From NCBI GenBank assembly GCA_021792255.1, contig JAJYUZ010000003.1, forward strand, positions 192,001-256,000: DNA of 64,000 nt, read 5' to 3'. This DNA is from Thermoplasmata archaeon. GTDB lineage: Archaea; Thermoplasmatota; Thermoplasmata; Thermoplasmatales; GCA-001856825. Positions 29,531 through 40,970 of this stretch are shown here, in pieces (the stretch's first letter is position 1; each line of letters opens with the position of its first letter). Under the pieces are notes generated by a model, which was given only the letters and a program-made list of their open reading frames with translations, did not search any database and was not told the DNA's origin. A program made the translations under genes and the position numbers.

Positions 29531-31375
29531 TCATTTTCGTTCTTTCAGCCACTTGAAAATCTCTTCATAGAACTGTTCTATGTGCTTTCTTTCCTTAAAC
29601 CCGTGTCCTTCCCTCGGATATAATAGGAGTCTCACTTCCTTACCTTTGTCTTTTAGTGCTCTGTAGAATTGATAATATTGGCCAACTGGTACATAAGGGT
29701 CCTCTATGCCGTGTGCGAGCAGTACGGGAGTCTTAACTTTGTCTACGTACCATAGAGGTGAGAATTTTACGAACCGGTTGAATTTGTATGGATCCTCGTT
29801 GTAGTGTATACTGTCCCACTTTGGAAGATTGCTTACTCCGTGGAAGCTAATCCAGTCTGATATGCCAAAGAGCGAAACTGACCCCTTGAAAATGTCAGTC
29901 TGGGTAATGGCCCATGCGGAGATGTATCCGCCGTACGAACCACCAGTAATGAAGACATTCTTCCTATCTACCCCTTTGTTCTTGACTAGATATTCTATTC
30001 CTGAAAGGATGTCCTGCAGATCCATTCCCCCCATATCACCTAGGTTCTTTTCTGCAAACTTCCTCCCTTTTCCAACGCTCCCCCTGTAGTTCGGTAGAAA
30101 TACGGAATAGCCATGCGAGATGAACAGAGTTGGGTTTCCGATGAATGAGTCTGTCGATGAACCTGTCGGACCTCCATGGACTATCACCATGAGTGGGGAA
30201 TTCTTTCCCGCCGGTCTGTAAATGCCCGATATTTCTAATCCATCCTTGGACTTCCAGGTGATTCTTTCGGAATCGTAACTTTTGCAGTTCTCAAGCTGTT
30301 TGTTTATACTTGTTATTACCTTTTCCTTCCTAGTAGATAGATCAATAAGGAATACTTCATCAGGTTGGTTTGCACTTTCGAACGATAGAGCTGCCTTGTC
30401 ATTAGAGATAGAAAATGAGGGAGACCACGGTTTATATACCGATCCATATTTTGACCAATTAGTTCTTTTCTTGTTCCCTGAGAACGTGGAAATTGAGAAC
30501 GTGCCGTCCCTGTTGGAGAGTACGTAGAACTCTTTTTCATTAATCCACTGCATTTCTGAATAACTCTCTTCTTCTCCCTCTGTGAGATTCTTCGACTTGA
30601 GGGTCTTTAGATCTATTTCGACTATATCTCCCGAGTTTACTCCCCTATCGCTCCAAAGTGACTCAAGGAGGACAAGTTTCCTGTTGTTCGGAGATAGTCT
30701 CGGCTTGGCGACCTGTCTATCCTTTATTGAATAAATTTTCTTGACTCTTCCGTCTCTCAGATCAATTAAGGAAACTGCGGATTCGTACCATGACCATTCG
30801 AAAGGAAGGGAAGAGGTGATCGCACCGATCAGACCGTTATTGACGTCAAACTCCCAAACTTGGATTCCTTCAGTGATCCGGCGAAAACCAGATGCTGTAT
30901 CGTACTGCCATAGCGAATCAAATCTTGGGTCCTCTTCGAAGAAGTATCCATCATCTCCCTTGTCTTTCTCTTCTTTCAGTTGATCCTTGTCCTTTATGAG
31001 AAGGACTAGGGAATCGTTATCGACCCAGTGCAGAGCATCCGCGGCGCCTTCCACGACAACTTCTTGCCCTGAATTTTTTTCTAAATCATAAATGAACAAT
31101 CGGTATTCTTCTTCCTTCTTCGATAAGTACGCGAGCTTTCCGCCAGATTTGTTCAACTTCGGAGAATAGTTATTCCACTTTTCGTGTGAGAATAACTTTT
31201 GTTTACCATCTTTTACCGTAATTACAGCAACATCTGATCCAAATTCTTCTTTGAAATTCTTGTAAACTCCTGCGACAGTAAATGCGATTCGTGAACCGTC
31301 CTTACTAAAATCTAAGTCAGATGCATACTTTGAATTCAGATAATTGTTTATGTTGTGGTCGTGAAGCCTTACCAT
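29531..31375 (-). CDS. S9 family peptidase (acylaminoacyl-peptidase-like)
   Basis: Beta-propeller N-terminus; VHGGP, PNYRGS, GGSYGG, HGIEDPYV, REGHG; start could also be 31405. Confidence 0.92.
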   Translation of the reverse strand: MVRLHDHNINNYLNSKYASDLDFSKDGSRIAFTVAGVYKNFKEEFGSDVAVITVKDGKQKLFSHEKWNNYSPKLNKSGGKLAYLSKKEEEYRLFIYDLEKNSGQEVVVEGAADALHWVDNDSLVLLIKDKDQLKEEKDKGDDGYFFEEDPRFDSLWQYDTASGFRRITEGIQVWEFDVNNGLIGAITSSLPFEWSWYESAVSLIDLRDGRVKKIYSIKDRQVAKPRLSPNNRKLVLLESLWSDRGVNSGDIVEIDLKTLKSKNLTEGEEESYSEMQWINEKEFYVLSNRDGTFSISTFSGNKKRTNWSKYGSVYKPWSPSFSISNDKAALSFESANQPDEVFLIDLSTRKEKVITSINKQLENCKSYDSERITWKSKDGLEISGIYRPAGKNSPLMVIVHGGPTGSSTDSFIGNPTLFISHGYSVFLPNYRGSVGKGRKFAEKNLGDMGGMDLQDILSGIEYLVKNKGVDRKNVFITGGSYGGYISAWAITQTDIFKGSVSLFGISDWISFHGVSNLPKWDSIHYNEDPYKFNRFVKFSPLWYVDKVKTPVLLAHGIEDPYVPVGQYYQFYRALKDKGKEVRLLLYPREGHGFKERKHIEQFYEEIFKWLKERK

Positions 31376-31508
31376 AGTACTCCCTTGTATTTTGAAAACG
31401 CGCATGTCATAATAAAATTTGTCAAAACTTGGTTTTAATTATACTTGATTGTCTTATGACTTATAAAAGAGTTCGACCGTGGAGCTACTCTGTAATTGGA
31501 AATGATTT

Positions 31509-32678
31509 TCAGGTTGAATTGAAATCTCTGGCTACGTCTTCTCTGAATTTTCTGTCCTCAGTAAACTCTTTTGCCGTTTGGCTCAGCACAGTTATTATTG
31601 TAAATAGAGACTCTTTCGCCCTCTTGGTCTTTGCAGCTTCTAGCGACTGTCTAGAGTGCCAAGGCGTGCCTTCCGGTGCAATTTGGAAGCCCACTTCCAA
31701 CGCGGGAACGACCTGCGAGACGTTGGCAAAATCAGTGGACCCCTTGGGCAACTCGGAGAACGTCTCTTCAAGAGTTAGACAGTCTATGCCTTCCTCAATG
31801 AGATTTTTTCTTATTATATTTGAGAGCGTTCTGTTGATCTTTGTAGTCGAAAACAGGGGACCAATTTTCTTGATAGAATAATTCGTTTCGGTCGCAATTG
31901 CACATCCTTTCACGATCTTCTTGAACCTTTCGACGAGTTCATCGTGATAGACTAAGTCTGAGGTCCTTATACCATAGGTTATAACGGATTTTTCTGGGGT
32001 GACATTTGAAGCGGTCCCTCCATCCTTAATTATACCGTGCATTACAAAATTTGCATCTCTTCTAACGTGCTGTCGCATCATGTTGACTGCATTGTAGGTG
32101 AGTACCGCTGCGTCAAGGGCACTTCTTCCTTCGTTCGGACTTGCCGCTTCATGTGCCGCTTTCCCCCTGAATGTGACCTCAAAGTCTTGAACTGCAAGGG
32201 ACTGGTCTCCCACGCTCCATCTATCTCCGGGATGTGAACCTAGGACCAGATCTATATTTCTAAAAGCCCCTCTGTCGGCCATGAGAATCTTGGATCCTGC
32301 CCATTCTCCCGAACCTTCTTCGTCTGGGGTACCTATCACGGAAATCGTTCCGTTGGTTATTTTTTCGGATGCCTTAATGGCAGAGAAGACAGCCGAAGAC
32401 GCGATCAGGTTGTGACCACAAGCGTGTCCAATGCCAGGGAGGGCGTCGTACTCTGCTAAGAAGGCAATAGATGGTCTACCATTGCCAATCTGTTTCTCTG
32501 CCTTGAATGCTGTAGGAATGTCCATGAATCTGTCCTTGATCGTAAAACCGTGTGTTCTTAGTACATTAATTAGAAGCTTAGATGATTCAAATTCTCTGCT
32601 TCCTATTTCACTTAACTCGTGAATTCTAATGGCTATGTCCCAATAATCCGTATTTTCAGGTAAAAGATAACCTGACAT
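31509..32678 (-). CDS. M20 family amidohydrolase (AbgB/ACY1L2-like)
   Basis: AEYDALPGIGHACGHN, GTPDEEG, GSTDFANVS. Confidence 0.9.
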   Translation of the reverse strand: MSGYLLPENTDYWDIAIRIHELSEIGSREFESSKLLINVLRTHGFTIKDRFMDIPTAFKAEKQIGNGRPSIAFLAEYDALPGIGHACGHNLIASSAVFSAIKASEKITNGTISVIGTPDEEGSGEWAGSKILMADRGAFRNIDLVLGSHPGDRWSVGDQSLAVQDFEVTFRGKAAHEAASPNEGRSALDAAVLTYNAVNMMRQHVRRDANFVMHGIIKDGGTASNVTPEKSVITYGIRTSDLVYHDELVERFKKIVKGCAIATETNYSIKKIGPLFSTTKINRTLSNIIRKNLIEEGIDCLTLEETFSELPKGSTDFANVSQVVPALEVGFQIAPEGTPWHSRQSLEAAKTKRAKESLFTIITVLSQTAKEFTEDRKFREDVARDFNST

Positions 32679-32727
32679 AGATTTGCATAAGAACTTAGGT
32701 AAAAAGACTTAGTTATTCTGAGACGAG

Positions 32728-33522
32728 TCAGATGTGATAGAAAGAAATAAAGTAAAGAATTGCAGAAAGGACTCCAAAGGCAATTATGATATATCCCTGA
32801 AAAAATCTCAGCGAAGATTGAGGAGCTTTACTAATAACTCTTGAACCCAGAATTCCCCCAATCACAGCACCGATGACCAGCGGAGGAGCGAATAAGATGT
32901 TCACGAATCCTGTATAGTAGAAGTGTATTGCCGTTCCTGCGATTGTGACGGGAAACATCGCTGCGATAATACTCGCAAATGCTATTTTCGGCGTGGATCT
33001 CTTTATTGCAGTAAGATACGTTCCCATTATACCCCCTATACCAATGCCTATAAATCCCGACACCAGTCCAGCGATGAAAGAAAGAGCTCCGATATCTGGC
33101 GAGTGAGGAGGACTAACGTAGTGACCTTCAATCCCTCCCCTCGTCTGCGTGCGGGATGAGTATACTGAGAATAAACCGATGCAAATAACAATGATGCTGA
33201 AGATCCCTTTGAAAGTGCTCGGGGATATGTAATTGGTTACCACCGATCCTGCTATCGTCCCTATGACCGCTGCGATTGCCATCACCTCGAACAATCTCAT
33301 ATCCACAAGCCCTTTCCTCGTGTTTTGGATGAGCCCTGAGAGAGAGCTGAACACTATCGTTAGAAGGCTTAGGCCGGCTGCGTCCAGCGGACTGAGCTTG
33401 AACACATAGATCAGGAAAATGACAATAATGACCCCACCACCTATACCTGCAATGTTCCCTATTACGCCAACAATCAAGGCAATTGCAAGCACTATTATGG
33501 CTGTAAGGAAGAGCACTGACAC
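32728..33522 (-). CDS. Sulfite exporter TauE/SafE family membrane protein
   Basis: Duplicated Gly motifs GIGGGVI and GIGIGGI, about 8 TM helices. Confidence 0.85.
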   Translation of the reverse strand: MSVLFLTAIIVLAIALIVGVIGNIAGIGGGVIIVIFLIYVFKLSPLDAAGLSLLTIVFSSLSGLIQNTRKGLVDMRLFEVMAIAAVIGTIAGSVVTNYISPSTFKGIFSIIVICIGLFSVYSSRTQTRGGIEGHYVSPPHSPDIGALSFIAGLVSGFIGIGIGGIMGTYLTAIKRSTPKIAFASIIAAMFPVTIAGTAIHFYYTGFVNILFAPPLVIGAVIGGILGSRVISKAPQSSLRFFQGYIIIAFGVLSAILYFISFYHI

Positions 33523-33616
33523 CTCAGGCGTTGCAGATATTTAAGAACGGTCTGCGCAGTCCAGGGGTTCAATTCATCCTTTCTGCCTCCCATCTTTCGC
33601 GTCAAATCGTCTGTGT

Positions 33617-35038
33617 TCATATAAACCCAGCTGCTACGAGCCTATTTATGATCTTACTTCCTACGGTCTTGCTGCTGATTAGTGCGATTGCTATTCCTCC
33701 CAATATGGCGGCGGCAAGCACCGTAATCGTTAAAGCAAGAAATTGCAACCCTAATTCTAGGAAGCCATAGGAGAGAGCGACGAAGAACCATGCCGGTGAA
33801 GCAGGGAGGAGTGTGGCCATCTGCCTCAAATTAAACTGACCGGGCATCATTAGGTCTTCCTTTATTTGAAATGGACTAAGGAAGGCCGATGTGTATACCA
33901 CTATCACGATAAGCGAGGGAATTTCCACCAATAACAGAAGACCAAAATTCAGAGCTTGCAGGTTACCCTGAACTGCAATGAGGAAATTGGACACAGCGAG
34001 TGGAGCAAGGAGTACGGTCATTGAGAGGGATTTGGCCGTTAATTTATCTCTCAAGTAGTGAGTTGGATCACGAGTCATGAAACCTAACCACAGTCTTTCG
34101 TTTCCAAGGACGCCCATCGTGAAAAACATGATGAAAATCACAGAGTAAATGGAAAGGACCATGATGGCTACTTCTGCCTCTTGCAATGGCAATTTTGTGA
34201 TTGAGAATAGGTAATAATATACGGCAGCTAAGACCGCACTAACTATAATTCCATTTTTTAACTTGAATCTTGCTGATCGGTATGCCCCACCACCTCCGAT
34301 AGAGTTCATTCTACCTGCTATTTCTACTGTGAAAAAATTCTCTGCATAAATTGCTTTTATTGGAGTCATCCCGCTAAATCTTCTTGTGTGCTTGACTTGG
34401 CCAGATGTGTACCTCGTAAACGTCTTCATCAGATCAAGATCTACTCTTGAAAGTGATCTGAGTGCTAAGGGCACTGTGACTGCTGCAAGAACTACTGAAG
34501 ACACATCTGCAAAAATGGGATGACCAGTATAAATCGCTGCAGGAGAAAGAGGAAATCCGAAGAAAACGGACAATGACCAAAGTGCAAGTAAAAGTGCCAG
34601 AAGAGCTCTCCACCAAGGTTTCAGCGAGTACGTTATGGGCCCCAACGAAGTCATTGCTAGGATTAGCCCAGTGATGTCAATAAGCGCATAAATGAATACG
34701 GGCTTTAAGTTTGAAAAAGAGTATCCCAATATATAAACGATTATCAGGCCAAAGCTAAGAAATTGCACTATAAAAAGCGAGACTGCAAGGTCCGATCTCT
34801 TTACAGGGAGGGTGAACAGAAAATCTCTGTCTGATTTCAGAACTGCTATTCCGCCACTCAGAATGGGCAGTACTAGGAAGAACGCAAGAAATGCCGGTCC
34901 ATAAATTTCGAATACGTTACCAGAAGGACCAGTTTTAATTGATGTGTAAATCGAAAAGGCAAAAAGTACGATCATCAGAACCAGAAGTTGCTTAGAAAAC
35001 CTGGACATTATAACGAACTTTAGTAGCTTATAGAACAT
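33617..35038 (-). CDS. Putative ABC exporter permease
   Basis: Polytopic membrane protein with [11 protein letters not shown]; overlaps the ABC ATPase gene. Confidence 0.75.
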   Translation of the reverse strand: MFYKLLKFVIMSRFSKQLLVLMIVLFAFSIYTSIKTGPSGNVFEIYGPAFLAFFLVLPILSGGIAVLKSDRDFLFTLPVKRSDLAVSLFIVQFLSFGLIIVYILGYSFSNLKPVFIYALIDITGLILAMTSLGPITYSLKPWWRALLALLLALWSLSVFFGFPLSPAAIYTGHPIFADVSSVVLAAVTVPLALRSLSRVDLDLMKTFTRYTSGQVKHTRRFSGMTPIKAIYAENFFTVEIAGRMNSIGGGGAYRSARFKLKNGIIVSAVLAAVYYYLFSITKLPLQEAEVAIMVLSIYSVIFIMFFTMGVLGNERLWLGFMTRDPTHYLRDKLTAKSLSMTVLLAPLAVSNFLIAVQGNLQALNFGLLLLVEIPSLIVIVVYTSAFLSPFQIKEDLMMPGQFNLRQMATLLPASPAWFFVALSYGFLELGLQFLALTITVLAAAILGGIAIALISSKTVGSKIINRLVAAGFI

Positions 35039-35756
35039 CGGTTAACATCCTCGCCACGACACGCTCAATCGACTCTCCCTCTTTTCCCAATTTCTTCAAT
35101 TCTACAAGCGTTCCTTTCCATATGACCACCCCACGTGAGATCATAATTACCTTGTCCGTCAATCTGGTCGCTACTTCCATTATGTGAGTGGACACCAGTT
35201 GCGTCGAATTAAAGCTCTTTAGATAGTCGATGACGTTCTCCTGAGTCGGTATATCGAGATAATTTAAGGGCTCGTCGAGCAAGAGTACTGAAGGCTTGTG
35301 AACGATTGCAAGTGCCAAAGCCAGCTTTTGAACGTTTCCTCTTGATAGACTCCCTACCTTTGATCTTTCATATTCCCTCAGCTGGAGATAGTCGAGAAGT
35401 CTGTCCACTTTATCAGAAACATCCTCTACCCCTCTAAGTGCTCCTATGTACTCCAGATTCTCCCTTACACTGAAAGACCTGTAGGGTGAGGCATCGTCTG
35501 GCAGATAACCCACGATCCTGTGTGCCTCTTCTGAGGATGGAGAAAAGTCCCCAATTCTAGCTTCTCCTGAATTAGGGCTCAGGAGCCCTACTAGGATTTT
35601 AAGAGTTGTTGTTTTCCCTGCGCCGTTGGGTCCCAGGAGAGCATATCTTTCCCCTGGCTCAAGTCTAAAGGTAAGTCCTTTCAATGCCTCAATGTTTCCG
35701 TAATATTTTGAAACACCTTTCAATTCTATTGATGGCGGGGTCATTGATCTTTCCAT
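35028..35756 (-). CDS. ABC transporter ATP-binding protein
   Basis: Walker [10 protein letters not shown], signature LSRGNVQK, Walker B LLLDEP, STH. Confidence 0.93.
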   Translation of the reverse strand: MERSMTPPSIELKGVSKYYGNIEALKGLTFRLEPGERYALLGPNGAGKTTTLKILVGLLSPNSGEARIGDFSPSSEEAHRIVGYLPDDASPYRSFSVRENLEYIGALRGVEDVSDKVDRLLDYLQLREYERSKVGSLSRGNVQKLALALAIVHKPSVLLLDEPLNYLDIPTQENVIDYLKSFNSTQLVSTHIMEVATRLTDKVIMISRGVVIWKGTLVELKKLGKEGESIERVVARMLTDVL

Positions 35757-35958
35757 GAGCTCACTCACTCTCAGCAGAAACAAGCCGAGATTCAGTTGAA
35801 GGGAATTCAGAGTTCAGAACAGAAATGACGTTCCATATAGTTAGATATGAATCTGAATAGTTCGTCTGTCCCATTATTCTAAATTTTTCTCGACGATTTA
35901 ACGATTCTGTTCTTTTGTCAAGCCCGTTTACTGTGGTGTCTCTGATTTAAGCGTACAA

Positions 35959-37029
35959 TTATGGGATGCGTCTCCTTCTCGCTAGTCTCTTTGAGACCCC
36001 CCAAACCAATCCAATAACGACACCGATTAAGGATACAAGAAGTATGAAATCTAATAGGGAGAACATGTGTGGTACTTCCAGTGGAACGAGTTCGACGTTG
36101 TGAAGCACTGTTGGATAGGTTTTAGACGTCACCGTGAAATTGTAAAAGTAATTCCAGTATCCTAGAGAAGTCACCTCCATTTCGTATTTATGGCCAGCCG
36201 GTAGGGTTAATGTGAAAACTCCGCCTATTGTAGTAACCTGCTTACCATTCATAAACATAGAGGCTCCGTCAGGCGTCACAGAACCCGTAAAGGTAATTGA
36301 GTATATACTGAACTGAATATTCACTGCTGCACCAGAGCCATCTATTATAATGGTTCCAGTCGTTGGAGAAGTTGTGTAATTCATCGGTACATTGATGGTA
36401 TAAGGATAGGAACCATTTTTTTCCAATAGTAAGATGCTGTCTGATGAGGGAAAACTCGTGATTCCGTTGAATGCAATCGACCACTTAATTCCACTTGGAA
36501 GTCCTGTTTCACGGAACATCACTTGGTATAATCTAGAATACGTTATCGTAATGTTCTCCGAAGCGCCCGATACTGAAAATGAACCTGCGAATGGAGCCAC
36601 CGTGAAGTTGTGTATTAGACCTACGATATAGCCATAACTGCCATTGGGTCTTAGGAAAGTTATTTCGTTCGACAATGATGATTCGTTTGTACCGTTAAGA
36701 GATATATACCAACTGGTCCCGGTGGGGAACCCTCTTTCTATGAAAATGACATCATATTCCTTAGGACTCAAACTTGTCGTTTCTCTGACGTCGCTTAGGG
36801 AAGCAGTCTGTTTGTCTTCTCCACAAAGTTCGCACATTGCGAAACCGTTAGAATAGTCGGTAGGGATTAAATGGTGCGCCCCGGAGTCTCCAATGCTTGC
36901 AATTAAAGGAGGCGAGGGATGCGCATCTAAAATCATTGCCGATCCGGAAGGAACAACGTTTGAACTCGTAGTCATTGAAACGAGACAAAATAGAATAATT
37001 ACCAGGAGTAATTTCTCTTTATCTAGCAT
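35959..37029 (-). CDS. Surface protein with thermopsin-type Ig-like repeats and C-terminal TM anchor
   Basis: Two repeats, VIFIERGFPTGTSWYISLNG and VMFRETGLPSGIKWSIAFNG, each with NGSY; signal peptide; TM followed by basic tail. Confidence 0.75.
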   Translation of the reverse strand: MLDKEKLLLVIILFCLVSMTTSSNVVPSGSAMILDAHPSPPLIASIGDSGAHHLIPTDYSNGFAMCELCGEDKQTASLSDVRETTSLSPKEYDVIFIERGFPTGTSWYISLNGTNESSLSNEITFLRPNGSYGYIVGLIHNFTVAPFAGSFSVSGASENITITYSRLYQVMFRETGLPSGIKWSIAFNGITSFPSSDSILLLEKNGSYPYTINVPMNYTTSPTTGTIIIDGSGAAVNIQFSIYSITFTGSVTPDGASMFMNGKQVTTIGGVFTLTLPAGHKYEMEVTSLGYWNYFYNFTVTSKTYPTVLHNVELVPLEVPHMFSLLDFILLVSLIGVVIGLVWGVSKRLARRRRIP

Positions 37030-37278
37030 AAATTAGTTAAGGATAGTATCGCATAGTTCGTTTATTATATTTTCGATGAAGTTGCAGAAAGCTAACTCTT
37101 GGACCGTTTTCAAATGCTAGATTCAATAAAAGAGGAATTCAAAATAGTGGAGATTCTTTGGTTCTGTTTGATGAATTTACATCATGCTGTTCCAACATTA
37201 AGAGGACACAGAGCAGTTCGAAGTTCATTATTTCTCAAGAAGTTAAAGAGTTTGGCCAAATCAGAATTTCGAAACTAT

Positions 37279-37908
37279 CTATTTCACTTTCTTTACTTTA
37301 TTTTTTCCGTAATCTACAGCTTCTTGATATTTTCCCGTTCGCACGAATTGCCAGAATTTCTCATCGTCCAATAGATTTCCAAAGAGCTCTGAGCTAGCAT
37401 GTTGGCCAATTCCCTTTGCTGACTTCCTTATCTCTTCTATCACGGGCAGAGCGACTGAACACTCCTCGGCCTTCTGCCTCAATTGTTTTCTGATGAACTT
37501 CGAGAATGAGGGGGAACGACCTTCGGTAGACACAGCCACTGTGACGCCATTTGTGGTAAACGCTGCCGGAAATATGAATGGGCTATCAACCCTATCAACG
37601 CTGTTGAAGAGCACTCTTTTGGCATCGCAGTACTTTCGCATCTCATCGTTAAATCTTGCGTCGTCGCTTGCTATTATGACTATAGTATCTCTATTTATAA
37701 AATTCTCCACAGATGATGGCGTGTCTAGATGCAGTACTATCTTTTCCACATCCATACCGTCTATGTATGGGTCGAATTTCTCAGAGATTACAGTAATTTT
37801 GTCGAATTTAGAATGAAGATTTCTCAGCTTAAGTGCTGCAGCCGTGCCGCCACCAATTATTGTGAGCTTTTTTCCGGTAACGTTGAGCATTACAGGTATA
37901 AATCTCAT
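37279..37908 (-). CDS. Precorrin-2 dehydrogenase / sirohydrochlorin ferrochelatase (CysG N-terminal/SirC-like)
   Basis: IIGGGTAA, FNSVD...FIFPA, VAVSTEGRSP. Confidence 0.88.
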   Translation of the reverse strand: MRFIPVMLNVTGKKLTIIGGGTAAALKLRNLHSKFDKITVISEKFDPYIDGMDVEKIVLHLDTPSSVENFINRDTIVIIASDDARFNDEMRKYCDAKRVLFNSVDRVDSPFIFPAAFTTNGVTVAVSTEGRSPSFSKFIRKQLRQKAEECSVALPVIEEIRKSAKGIGQHASSELFGNLLDDEKFWQFVRTGKYQEAVDYGKNKVKKVK

Positions 37909-37910
37909 TA

Positions 37911-38771
37911 TTACCTTTCCTTCGATCCGTCTTCGGGTGAACGCCTTGCTAAAATTATGCTATCTAAGGGGTTTTTTAAAGTTCCCCTCAAGTTCGTTGC
38001 AGTAATGAAACCGCTGTCAGTGAGGGCATTGATCACCCTACCTATTACGATGATGCTGGGAGCCTTCACTTCAAACTTATCGACGATTTTTGGAAGGTCA
38101 CTCAGCAGCCCAACGAATATTCTCTGATCTTTCTGGGTACCATTCTCAATTACCGTGACTCCCGTAAACGGGTCCATACCCCTCTCTATGAGATTTCTCG
38201 CTATTTCTAATGAGCTTCCAACGCCCATTAGAACAACTATGGTACCGTCGAACCTCGCAATGTTGTCCCAGTCGTTCTCGATCACAGAATCCTTCCGATG
38301 GCCAGAAATAATAAGGAGAGATGAGGAATAATCTCTGTGAGTCAGGGGGATTCCTATTGCAGTCGCTACAGCTATGGCTGATGTCAGGCCAGGGACAACC
38401 TCGTATGGAATGTTCTTCTTCTTCAGGAATTCTATCTCTTCGCCCCCTCTACCAAATATGAATGGATCTCCGGACTTGAGCCTGACAACGTTCTTCCCCT
38501 GTCTGTAATACTTCAGCACGAGTTCGTTTATTTTTTCCTGCTTAAAAGATGATTCAAGTCCGTGACTTGTCCCGACACATACCTTCTCGCAGGTATTGGG
38601 TACGAGTTTCACTATCTCGTAGCTGACCAGCCTATCGTACAAGAGAACGTCGCATTTTTTGATCAGTTTCGTGGCTTTGACAGTAAGATATTCTGGGTTA
38701 CCTGGGCCAGCACCGACCAAGTACACTTTCCTGGATCTCTTACCGGATTTTCCGGACTTATTTGCCTTCAT
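37911..38771 (-). CDS. cobA: Uroporphyrinogen-III C-methyltransferase
   Basis: VYLVGAGPGNPEYLT, LYDRLV, RLKSGDPFIFGRGGEE, VPGLTS, GIPLTHR. Confidence 0.93.
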   Translation of the reverse strand: MKANKSGKSGKRSRKVYLVGAGPGNPEYLTVKATKLIKKCDVLLYDRLVSYEIVKLVPNTCEKVCVGTSHGLESSFKQEKINELVLKYYRQGKNVVRLKSGDPFIFGRGGEEIEFLKKKNIPYEVVPGLTSAIAVATAIGIPLTHRDYSSSLLIISGHRKDSVIENDWDNIARFDGTIVVLMGVGSSLEIARNLIERGMDPFTGVTVIENGTQKDQRIFVGLLSDLPKIVDKFEVKAPSIIVIGRVINALTDSGFITATNLRGTLKNPLDSIILARRSPEDGSKER

Positions 38772-38783
38772 GATACATCAATC

Positions 38784-40187
38784 TTAAGGCACGATTGCCT
38801 TGTAGACAAGGTCCATTAATCCGGAATAGGCAAGGGCCTGGTCGTGTTTCTTATTAAGGCGCGGAAGAGTGTGACTAAGTTGTGCTTTACAAATAGCGCA
38901 GGGTCTTATCACGTGTGTACCGCCAACAGATATGGCGTCCTCATACCATAACTTAGCATATTCTGTTCTCAATGGAAGCAGTTCATCACTGAGCAGACCG
39001 CCTCCACCTCCGCAACACCACGTTCTTTCTCTTGAATGTGGAGAGTTTTGATAACTACTTACCACACTAGATAGTACAGATCTTGGTTCATCAATCAGGT
39101 CCCCTCCTCTTGCATAATTGCAGGGGTCTTGGTATACGTAGGAGGGCCCATCGTTATTTTTGGGCTCTAGTTTTATTTTTGCACTTTCGATAGCATCCTC
39201 TACAAGATGGAACACGTGCAGCCCAGATAATCCTTTTTTCTCCAGTTCTGGAATTACATAATTCTTGAACGCTCTCCAACCGTGTCCACACTCTCCCGCA
39301 ATAACTGCTTTGACCCCAAGTTCCAGTGCGACATTCACCACGTGATTCCCTATTTCCCTGAGATGTTTCGCATCCGTAAACAGACCAAAATTTGCAAGCT
39401 CAGCGTGCTTAGTTGTGAACGTATAATCGAATCCTATGGAATGAAAAAATAACATGTACCCTTTCAGTGTTTCTATGTTACTAAAGAAATCAGCAGAAGG
39501 AGGAATAAACATTGCATATGCGGGTTGATCGATTTTTGGAATCACTTTTACTCCCTTTTCTTCTAAGATCTCGTCTCTGGCAAATTCTATAGTGGATTTT
39601 AGTGCGGCGGGCGGGAGAGCCATGTTGTTTCCAGTCCTTTCCACATTACCAATGACTACTGCGGTATATCTCGATATTTTACCCATATCGTACAGAACTG
39701 ACCTAATCGTTCTGGTAACATCTGCCTGGTCTATACCAAAAGGGCAGATTTCTCCACATCTCCTGCACTCTAGGCACTGATAATAGTAGGTCGAAACGTC
39801 CTCTAAGGATTTGTTGTTTAACTCCCTCGCTCCAACCGCTTTCTTAAATATCTTTCCAGAAAGTTTGGTCGATTTTAGGAGCCCCCTAATCAAATCGGCT
39901 CTTCCGACTGGAGAGTTGTATGTATCTTCAGTAGTTAAAAAAGTGGGACAGGCATTAAGACAGGCTCCGCAATGCACACACGCATCTATAGCGAGTTTGA
40001 CGTTCCTATTCCGTTTAACTTCTCTCTTTACGTTCTCTACAAAAAAATCCACTTGATTTTGATTTGGGGTCTGCGTGTGACCAACCTTATCGTAAAGCGC
40101 ATTTACGAGCTTTTCGTCAGCCCAGAGAGATTCAAAATTTGAAGTGTCTCCTTTCCTAAACTCTATTTCGTGCGGTATTGTGTTCAC
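38784..40187 (-). CDS. dsrK: DsrK, Fe-S / CCG-domain catalytic subunit
   Basis: CVHCGACLNACP, CLECRRCGEICPFGID, GECGHGWR, QDPCNYAR, CCGGGGG, PCAICKAQ; directly follows dsrM. Confidence 0.9.
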   Translation of the reverse strand: MNTIPHEIEFRKGDTSNFESLWADEKLVNALYDKVGHTQTPNQNQVDFFVENVKREVKRNRNVKLAIDACVHCGACLNACPTFLTTEDTYNSPVGRADLIRGLLKSTKLSGKIFKKAVGARELNNKSLEDVSTYYYQCLECRRCGEICPFGIDQADVTRTIRSVLYDMGKISRYTAVVIGNVERTGNNMALPPAALKSTIEFARDEILEEKGVKVIPKIDQPAYAMFIPPSADFFSNIETLKGYMLFFHSIGFDYTFTTKHAELANFGLFTDAKHLREIGNHVVNVALELGVKAVIAGECGHGWRAFKNYVIPELEKKGLSGLHVFHLVEDAIESAKIKLEPKNNDGPSYVYQDPCNYARGGDLIDEPRSVLSSVVSSYQNSPHSRERTWCCGGGGGLLSDELLPLRTEYAKLWYEDAISVGGTHVIRPCAICKAQLSHTLPRLNKKHDQALAYSGLMDLVYKAIVP

Positions 40188-40962
40188 CTTCCTCGTCGAT
40201 TCTTAGCATATACGCTTCCGTCTCCTTAAATCTCTTTATTTTGAAACTCGTCTTCGTTATAGTTGGCTGAAACAAGTATGCAACTATATGGATTATTTTT
40301 CCGAATGGGATGTACGCTATGAATACAAAGGCTAAGGTTATGTGGATCGCTGTTACCGGACTGACTTGGGTCATCGTGGCTATTTCAGGCCTGAACTCTA
40401 CTATGGAGGTAAGCCAAGGCGAAACGGTAGAAATGAAATCGGGTCGTATATAGAGCGTCTGTGTAAGCCCGAGTATAATCAGCGCCAGAAGCATTGAGAT
40501 TGCAAAATAATCGTCTAAGTAGCTTATGCGCCTCACTTTCTTTACTTGTAATCTCCTCGCAGCAAGAATTAGGATACCGATAAAAGCGCTGATGCCAGCA
40601 CTTCCACCCATGTAGAGCGCTACCATCATATGAAATTGGATGGAGACGGGTAAGGGAACGACCATGGCAAGATGTCCCAGCAGTGAGAACCAGATTCCAT
40701 AGTGAAACAAAATCGATCCGACGATGAGCGTTCTGTCTTTTTCCATTTTTGGGAGAGTATAAAAGAGAAAAACTCTTTTGGCCAGGTCTTTCACTATCGA
40801 AAAAAGACTGAATGTACCGGGAACTATAGCGACAGTCTTTAACTCCGTTAAACCCTTGGCAGAGATCCAGCTGGCTATTCTGTATATGAATCCGACAAGA
40901 AAAATAGCAATTGCACTATAAGGAAGGAAAATAAATAAAATACTTGCGAGTAGATTGTTCAT
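40156..40962 (-). CDS. dsrM: DsrM, NarI-like membrane cytochrome b
   Basis: His heme ligands in LFHYGI...LGHL and IHITL...PFGKIIHI; about 6 TM helices; lies between dsrB and dsrK. Confidence 0.88.
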   Translation of the reverse strand: MNNLLASILFIFLPYSAIAIFLVGFIYRIASWISAKGLTELKTVAIVPGTFSLFSIVKDLAKRVFLFYTLPKMEKDRTLIVGSILFHYGIWFSLLGHLAMVVPLPVSIQFHMMVALYMGGSAGISAFIGILILAARRLQVKKVRRISYLDDYFAISMLLALIILGLTQTLYIRPDFISTVSPWLTSIVEFRPEIATMTQVSPVTAIHITLAFVFIAYIPFGKIIHIVAYLFQPTITKTSFKIKRFKETEAYMLRIDEEGEHNTARNRV

Positions 40963-40970
40963 AATGATCT

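Noticed and set aside
33555-33585. GGGGTTCAATTC, a tRNA T-loop-like string (possible att remnant)
   Set aside because: The flanks do not form a T stem and do not match either tRNA in the window
36872-36884. TGGTGCGCCCCGG resembling the tRNA-Asp 3' flank (possible att site of the dsr island)
   Set aside because: Short, gapped match inside a coding region; compatible with chance
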